Under the pieces are notes generated by a model. It saw only the letters and a list, made by a program, of their open reading frames with translations. It was not told the DNA's origin and did not search any database. Positions 56,401 through 64,000 of a stretch of DNA of 64,000 nt are shown piece after piece. Position numbers and translations under genes: made by a program. Position 1 is the first letter of the stretch. Every line of letters begins with the position of its first letter. This DNA is from Eledone cirrhosa (Eukaryota): contig OZ024742.1 in NCBI GenBank assembly GCA_964016885.1, forward strand, positions 1,302,001-1,366,000, read 5' to 3'.

Positions 56401-57915
56401 CCCCAGCTTTTACAGTGTTAAACCCCCAGCTACTACTGAGTTAACACCCCAGCTAGTACTGGGTTAACACCCCAGCTAGTACTGGGTTGACACCCCAGCA
56501 GTACTGGGTTAACCCCCCCCCCCCCATACTACTGAGTTAAACCCCCAGCTGCTACAGAGTGAAACTCCAGCTACAGGGTTAAACCCCCCAGCTACTACAG
56601 GGTTAAACCCCCAGCTGCTACAGGGTTAAACCCCCCAGCTACTACAGGGTTAAACCCCCCGCTGCTACAGGGTTAAACCCCCAGCTGCTACAGGGTTAAA
56701 CCCCCAGCTGCTACAGGGTTAAACCCCCAGCTGCTACAGGGTTAAACCCCCAGCTGCTACAGGGATAAACCCCAGCTGATACAGGGTTAAACCCCCAGCT
56801 GCTATAGGGATAAACTCCTAGCTGCTACAACGTTAAACCCCAGCTTTTACAGTGTTAAACTCCCAGCTACTACTGGGTTAACACCCCAGCTAGTACTGGG
56901 TTAACCCCTCCCCCCCACTACTACAGGGTTAAACCCCCCCATACTACTGGGTTAAACCCCCAGCTACTAGAGGGTTAAACCCCCAGCTACTAGAGGGTTA
57001 AACCCCCAGCTACTAGAGGGTTAAACCCCCAGCTACTACAGGGTTAAACCCCCAGCAGTTACAGGATTAAACCCCCAGCAGTTACAGGATTAAAGCCCCA
57101 GCAGTTACAGGGTTAAAGCCCCAGCTGCTACAGGGTTAAAGCCCCAGCTGCTACAGGGTTAAAGCCCCAGCTGCTACAGGGTTAAAGCCCCAGCTGCTAG
57201 AGGGTTAAAGCCCCAGCTACTACAGGGTTAAAGCCCCAGCTGCTACAGGGTTAAACCTCCAGCTGTTACAGGGTTAAAGCCCCAGCAGTTACAGGATTAA
57301 AGCCCCAGCAGTTACAGGGTTAAAGCCCCAGCAGTTACAGGATTAAAGCCCCAGCAGTTACAGGGTTAAAGCCCCAGCTGCTACAGGGTTAAAGCCCCAG
57401 CTGCTACAGGGTTAAAGCCCCAGCTACTACAGGGTTAAAGCCCCAGCTGCTACAGGGTTAAAGCCCCAGCTGCTACAGGGTTAAACCTCCAGCTGTTACA
57501 GGGTTAAAGCCCCAGCTGCTACAGGGTTAAACCTCCAGCTGTTACAGGGTTAAAGCCCCAGCTGCTACAGGGTTAAAGCCCCAGCTACTACAGGGTTAAA
57601 GCCCCAGCTGCTACTGGGTTAAACCTCCAGCTGTTACAGGGTTAAAGCCCCAGCTGCTACAGGGTTAAAGCCCCAGCAGTTACAGGATTAAAGCCCCAGC
57701 AGTTACAGGGTTTAAAGCCCCAGCTACTACAGGGTTAAACCCCCAGCAGTTACAGGATTAAACCCCCAGCAGTTACAGGATTAAAGCCCCATCTGCTACA
57801 GGGTTAAAGCCCCAGCTGCTACAGGGTTAAAGCCCCAGCTGCTAGAGGGTTAAAGCCCCAGCTGCTAGAGGGTTAAAGCCCCAGCTACTACAGGATTAAA
57901 CCCCCAGCTGTTACT
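53435..57915. repeat. 23-bp satellite, ~4.5 kb (~195 units)
   Basis: Unit ACAGGGTTAAACCCCCAGCTGCT with variants; the distal part switches to AAAGCCCC. Confidence 0.99.
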
Positions 57916-58040
57916 GGTACACATTCGTAGCTGAATATACTGCAACAACATGAATTGAAGCTAAAAATCACAACCTGAACCAGAATTTGAACCCATATTA
58001 TTATGATTGTCAGTCTAACATACTTACCACTAGGCCAGTG
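57905..58040 (-). mobile_element. Head/core half of a diverged SINE abutting the 23-bp satellite
   Basis: actggtac...agctga...caacatgaa...gaatttgaaccc...taccactaggcca parallels 5866-6002. Confidence 0.55.
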
Positions 58041-58470
58041 TCTTCAGAAGAATAAAAGAGTATATATAATTCAAGAATAAACAAGACGAACACACATATG
58101 CAAAAACACAAAGTACTATTAGTTTGATGCTTGAAGTAAATGAGTGTTTCGTCGTATCAGATATAAGTCCTCCTTCTGGAAATACCAAGTTCAGAGAGAG
58201 AAAAAAGGTTGGAACAATGGAATTGTGAAAATATATTTATATATACACACATACATACACCCACATACAAACCCTACACAAGAATTCCATAAAAATGTCC
58301 TGTCATGATGTAAAGATGAGCAACAAAGGGATGGGTGACTTTGGTAATGTTAAGGTACCTTTACACATACATACTTACACCTACACACACTCATACAAAC
58401 AGGATTCTATATATATATATAGATAGTGACGAAACATAAGTCAATTGCATGAACTCATAATCCTTTATTT

Positions 58471-58526
58471 ACTGCTATATATATTTCAATGATAGTCATT
58501 GAATGGCTATGACCTCATCAGGCAGT
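58471..58526 (-). ncRNA. Type I hammerhead ribozyme (minimal, Penelope-like)
   Basis: Minus strand ACTGC-CTGATGA-ggtcatag...ctatcatt-GAAA-TATATA-TA-GCAGT, then AATAAA. Perfect 5-bp stem I, palindromic stem III, imperfect stem II. Confidence 0.7.
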
Positions 58527-59469
58527 CAGTCAGTTCTTAGATATGCCAGCTCTGTGTTTATGGTGTTGATGGTATCAGAGCCTTGGGACATATCCCATAT
58601 ATATATATATATATATAACCCATGCTAGCATGGAAAATGGATGGTGATGATATATATATATATATATAGATAGATAGATAGATAGATAGCTAGATATGAT
58701 TAATGAAACAATTGTTAATACTGTAAATAAACCCTTTTTGTACAGCCTACCATGTTATTCTTCATTCTTTTACTATATACACACACACATTTATATGTGC
58801 GTGTATTTGTATAGCAAAGGCGAGTGTTTTCGCGTATGCTTGTGTATGTACGTATTTGGATGCGTGTATGTATTTATTTAATTTCAATTACCTCTGTATT
58901 GTATTTTATTTACTTTATTCTTAACTCTGAAGCGGAGAATCATTCGGTTTCCTAGTTAGAATTTTGGTCTACGACTTAAGTTATACCATTTATGTGGTTT
59001 TGTCTTTGCGTGCAATTGTTCTCCACGTCCACATATGATGTATTATCTTTGTTTTTTCCGTTCATTGCCAGAGAACGTCTCTATGAACCACCTAAGAGAA
59101 TATTAGTCTACGACTTCTTTTATACCATAAACGTGGTTCTGTCTTTGCGTGTAATTGTTTTTCACCGCTCCCATTAATGACGTATTATATTCGTTTTTTC
59201 CCGTTCTTTGCCAGGGATCGTTTCCACGAACCAAAGTATCGTCTTCCTGTCTTCCTCCGGTTGCAACGTTTTTTAGAATATTCACTTCTGCGTTCACAGA
59301 TTGACTTTGTTAGTTTCAGAAGATCCCGTTAAGTGTGAAAGCAGCGATTCTTTGCTTAAACTTTAATCTGTTATTCTAATAAATATTTGCTCTACGGTTC
59401 TTATATATTTGATATATATTTATCCTTATCGAGCCCTCTTTGGATTTTAGTCTTCAAATTTATTATTAT

Positions 59470-59547
<78 letters not shown>

Positions 59548-59550
59548 GTC

Positions 59551-59591
<41 letters not shown>

Positions 59592-59775
59592 ATATATATA
59601 TATATATATATGTGTGTGTATATATATGTATATATATATGTGTGTGTATATATATGTATATATATATATGTATATATGTGTATGTGTATATATATATATG
59701 TATATATGTGTATATATATGTATATATGTGTATGTGTATATATATATATATATGTGTGTGTGTATATATGTATGT

Positions 59776-60024
59776 GTGTAGGTGTCACGACAAAAAAACA
59801 CACAGTCCACGCTGTAATGTGGCCGTGTAGGCAACACAGTAAAAACCTCCCAGTCCCACACTGTAAATGTGGTTGGTGTTAGGAAGGGCATCCAGCTGTA
59901 GAAAACCCGCCAGACAGTCCTATGCGAGCAAGACAACCACTCTTGCCTCAAGTGGGAAAACTCCCGTCCAAACCCATGCAAGCGTGGAACATGGACGTTA
60001 AACGATGATGATGATGATGATGAT
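59776..60024 (+). mobile_element. RTE 3' UTR fragment (same family as copies 1 and 2)
   Basis: Near-identical to the reverse complement of the copy 1 3' UTR; (GAT)n tail. Confidence 0.9.
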
Positions 60025-60059
60025 GTGTATGTATATTATATATATATACACATATACAC

Positions 60060-60151
<92 letters not shown>

Positions 60152-60155
60152 GTGT

Positions 60156-60560
60156 CATCATCATCATCATCACCGTTTTACGTCCGTTCTTCCACGCTAG
60201 CATGGGTTAGATGGGTTGTCCTGTTGTGGGCAGTGTCTGGTCGGCTGACCATGCCTTGCTCATACAGGAACTGATCTGGCTTGATTTCTACAGCTGGATG
60301 CCCTTCCTAACACCAACCTCATTTACAGTGAGTGCTGCTTTTTCGTGGCGCCTACACGTCCACTTTACAGTGTGGGCTGGGTGCTTTTTTTGCCGTGGCA
60401 CCTCCACGACCACCTTGCGTGGGGGGAGTGGGGGCATATTGTTTACATGCTTCAGCATGTACCCATGGGAGGTCGGGTACCCTGTATTTCTGCGTGACGC
60501 CAGAAGTCACGGTCGTGTGTCATTGTCTTTGAGAGATGTAGTTGGGTAAGGTCGGCTTTT
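60156..60560 (-). mobile_element. RTE-type 3' UTR fragment, related subfamily
   Basis: Tail ccgttttacgtccgttcttccacgctagcatggg; ctacagctggatgcccttcctaacaccaacc; two hairpin modules. Confidence 0.85.
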
Positions 60561-60725
60561 ATATGTGTATATATATATATATGTGTGTATATATATATAT
60601 ATGTGTGTATATATATATGTGTGTGTTTATATATATGTGTGTATATATATATATATGTGTGTATATATATATATGTGTGTATATATATATATATGTGTAT
60701 ATATATATATATATGTGTATATATA

Positions 60726-60770
<45 letters not shown>

Positions 60771-60838
60771 ATATATATATATATAACTAATAAACCTTTG
60801 TTCGTACTGCCTCTCTGTTTTGTTCCCGTTCAATTTTT

Positions 60839-60980
<142 letters not shown>

Positions 60981-60994
60981 GTATATATATATAT

Positions 60995-61340
60995 GGAGGC
61001 ACATGGCTTAGTGGTTAGAGCATTGGTCTTGCAATCGACAGGTTGTGAGTTCAATTCTCAGACCGGGTGATGTGTTGTTTCCTTGAGCAAGACACTTTAT
61101 TTCACATTGCTCCAGTTTACTCAGCTGTAGAAATGAGATGATAGGCACTGGGGTCCATATCATTCCACTGCAAAGTGGTCGTGGAGGTGTCACGGCAAAA
61201 AAGCACCCAGCACTCACTGTAAATGAGGTTGGTGTTAGGAAGGGCATCCAGCTGTAGAAATCAAGCCAGAATCAGTTCCCGTCCCACCCTTGCAAGCAGG
61301 GAAAAAGCGACGTAAAATGAAATGATGATGATGATGATGA
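60995..61340 (+). mobile_element. Complete family A tRNA-derived SINE
   Basis: ggcacatggcttagtggttagagc (A box), gagttcaattc (B box), CORE-like ccttgagcaagacactt, RTE-like tail and (GAT)n. Confidence 0.9.
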
Positions 61341-62143
61341 TATATATTTATAGTCCCTATCATTATATATATATATACGTTTATTAAAAAAAGCCTTTGT
61401 GAGCCCCCTTTTTTTTAAGTAAAAAGTAATTCAAACACACACACACACACACACACGGCACACACACAAGCACACAAATAAACATACATATCTTTACTTT
61501 CTTTATTCAATAGAAAATCTGAATTCTGACACCCCAGCGAACTAACCATATTCACTGAACCAGAACAATTCTCCCATCCAATTTCTCTTGACCATTATCT
61601 TTTACTTGTCATAAAATTCTCTAAAAAGGCTACAGAATAGATTTCCAAATAAGGGAGCGGAAATTTAATGAAAACTTCTTCACGTGACAGCCATAATTTC
61701 ATTTATAACCAATCAAATTACGTTATTAAAAAAAAAGCCTTCGTGAGCCCCCCCCCCCCCTTTTTTTAAGTAAAAAGAATTTCAAACACTCATATATGAA
61801 AAATCAACCTGTGACAACCCCCCCCCCCCCCCCCCTAGCCCCCCACCCTGTTTGAAGAACTTTGTAACGCGAACTGGCGCGAAATTTATTATAATTGTTG
61901 ACCAACCAATCAAATTACTTCTCGAAAAGCCTGGCATTTCGAGCCACTTTTTCCATATAAAACAAGTAACATTCAGAGACCAACCAGATGTGAAAAAAAC
62001 CACAGACCCTCCATCTCAACTCACCTTTTGAAAAGCAGAACTGCGAAACCACCGGTAAAGGAACCAAATAAATATATATATTTTTTTTTAAATAAGACTC
62101 CAGTTGCATTTTCGATTTCATCTTTATTTCTTTATATATATAT

Positions 62144-62340
62144 AATGATAGGGACCGGGGTCCCTATCATTCCACTGCAAAGTGGTCGTGTAGGTGCCAC
62201 GGCAAAAAAGCACCCAGCACTCACTGTAAATGAGGTTGGTGTTAGGAAGGGGATCCAGCTGTAGAAATCAAGCCAGAATCAGTTCCCGTCCCACCCTTGC
62301 AAGCAGGGAAAAGCGGACGTAAAATGAAATGAATGAATGA
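62144..62340 (+). mobile_element. Headless family A SINE beginning at a perfect hairpin
   Basis: AATGATAGGGACC-GG-GGTCCCTATCATT followed by the family A tail; flanked by (TA)n. Confidence 0.85.
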
Positions 62341-62342
62341 AG

Positions 62343-62375
<33 letters not shown>

Positions 62376-62481
62376 ATTCCAGTTGCTAATCACTTTACCA
62401 TGTCAGTTGTCACAAACAGTCATAGCCGGCATAGGCTGGGGTTTGAATTCTGTCGATCGATTGGTTATTGATTAGGCGATA

Positions 62482-62592
62482 CCCACTGATGAAGCCACAT
62501 AAGCCAATTATGCATTGTTGCATAATATATGCAGACAGAGGGTGCAGTGCACCTTACTTCTGCATTAAGTGTGGCCGAAACTCGAGTCCGGG
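62482..62592 (+). ncRNA. Type I hammerhead ribozyme with extended stem II, in a ~370-bp (TA)n-flanked element (62373-62742)
   Basis: ccca-CTGATGA-[agccaca...tgtggcc]-GAAA-CTCGAG-TC-cggg: intact core, GUC cleavage triplet, palindromic stem III. Confidence 0.75.
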
Positions 62593-62816
62593 AACTATTA
62601 CAGGCACCCGTTTTACGTGTGTTGTATTGAAGCAAATAACTATGTGTATACTCTGGGAATGTATCTTACATTGCCTATTGAGTACGCTGAGATACAACCG
62701 GTACTGGCATTGATAAATATGCTGGGTCAATTCAACTCATTATATATATATACATAACGCTTGGCTCCACAGTATTTTATATCTCTCTCTCATATATGTG
62801 CATAAACATATATATA

Positions 62817-64000
62817 CAGTGGCGGACTGGGTCTAAAATATTGGTAGCCAGGAGATGAAGGAGGCCCACGTACAATTAGAATGAAGGGGCTCACCGACAT
62901 ATAGAATAAAAGGGTCCCACCGACATATATAATAAAGGGGCCGCACCTACATATAGAATGAAGGGGGCCCCACCTACATATAGAATGAAGGGGGCCGACC
63001 TACATAGAATAAAGGGAGCCGACCGACATATAGAATGAAGGGAGCCGACCGACATATAGAATGAAGGGAGCCGACCGACATATAGAATGAAGGGAGCCCA
63101 CCTACATATAGAATGAAGGGGGCCCACCTACATATAGAATGAAGGGGGCCCACCTACATTTAGAATGAAGGGGGCCCACCTACATATAGAATGTAGGGGG
63201 CCCACCTACATATAGAATGAAGGGGCCCACCTACATATAGAATGACGGGGCCCACCTACATATAGAATGAAGGGGCCCCACCGACATAGAATAAAGGGGC
63301 CCCACCGACATATAGAATGAAGGGCCCCACCGACATACAGAATGAAGGGGCCCCACCTACATACAGAATGAAGGGGCCCCACCTACATATAGAATGAAGG
63401 GGCCCCACCGACATATAGAATGAAGGGGGCCACCTACATATAGAATGAAGGGGGCCACCTACATATAGAATGACGGGGGCCCACCTACATATAGAATGAA
63501 GGGGGCCGCCTGCATAGAATAAAGGGGGCCACCTACATATAGAATGAAGGGAGCCCACCTACATATAGAATGAAGGGGCCACCTACATATAGATGGGGCC
63601 ACCTACATATAGAATGAAGGGGGCCACCTACATGTAGAATGAAGGGGTCCACCTACATATAGAATGAAGGGGGCCACCTACATATAGAATGAAGGGGCCC
63701 CAATGACATATAGAATGAAGGGGCCCCACTGACATATAGAATGAAGGGGGCCACCTACATATAGAATGAAGGGGGCCACCGACATATAGAATGAAGGGGG
63801 CCACCAACATATAGAATGAAGGGGCCCCAATGACATAGAATGAAGGGGCCCCACTGACATGTAGAATGAAGGGGGCCCACCTACATATAGAATGAAGGGG
63901 GCCACCTACATATAGAATGAAGGGGGCCACCTATATATAGATTGAAGGGGGCCACCTACATATAGAATGAAGGCGGCCACCTACATACAGAAAGGGGGCC
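62817..64000 (+). repeat. ~28-bp tandem array following a hAT-like terminus; runs off the window
   Basis: CAGTGGCGGACTGGG at 62817, then repeats of acatatagaatgaagggggc(c)cacct from ~62870. Confidence 0.9.

Noticed and set aside
60995-61070. tRNA gene
   Set aside because: It has A/B boxes, but I could not fold a complete cloverleaf, and it continues into SINE core and tail in several copies.
61380-61790. ~60-bp direct repeat pair as LTRs
   Set aside because: No TG...CA termini, PBS or PPT; likely an internal duplication of an unclassified repeat.

Overview
AT-rich eukaryotic DNA made almost entirely of repeats; I found no supportable host protein-coding exon. The repeat mix (RTE LINEs with (GAT)n tails, tRNA-derived SINEs, abundant (TA)n/(CA)n) suggests a mollusc, probably an octopus-like cephalopod; this is inference only. 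The window holds four large tandem arrays: a 30-bp unit (6.8-19.5 kb), a 74-bp unit (19.7-28.9 kb), a 23-bp unit (53.4-57.9 kb) and a ~28-bp unit (62.9 kb to the end). It also holds two near-identical 5'-truncated RTE LINEs and other RTE/CR1 fragments, a full-length decayed Tc1 (DD34E), a hAT derivative with an 8-bp TSD, two non-autonomous Helitrons, several MITEs and many SINEs. Most notable: (1) several short elements, mostly next to (TA)n, carry type I hammerhead-ribozyme cores with palindromic stem III (Penelope/retrozyme-like), one with an unusually large branched stem II; (2) a C4HC3 PHD-like finger sits inside the RTE reverse transcriptase; (3) the 4.5-kb 23-bp satellite appears to have been amplified from inside a SINE; (4) the LINE and SINE 3' tails share a variable-number hairpin module and repeatedly sit in (TA)n, often tail-to-tail.
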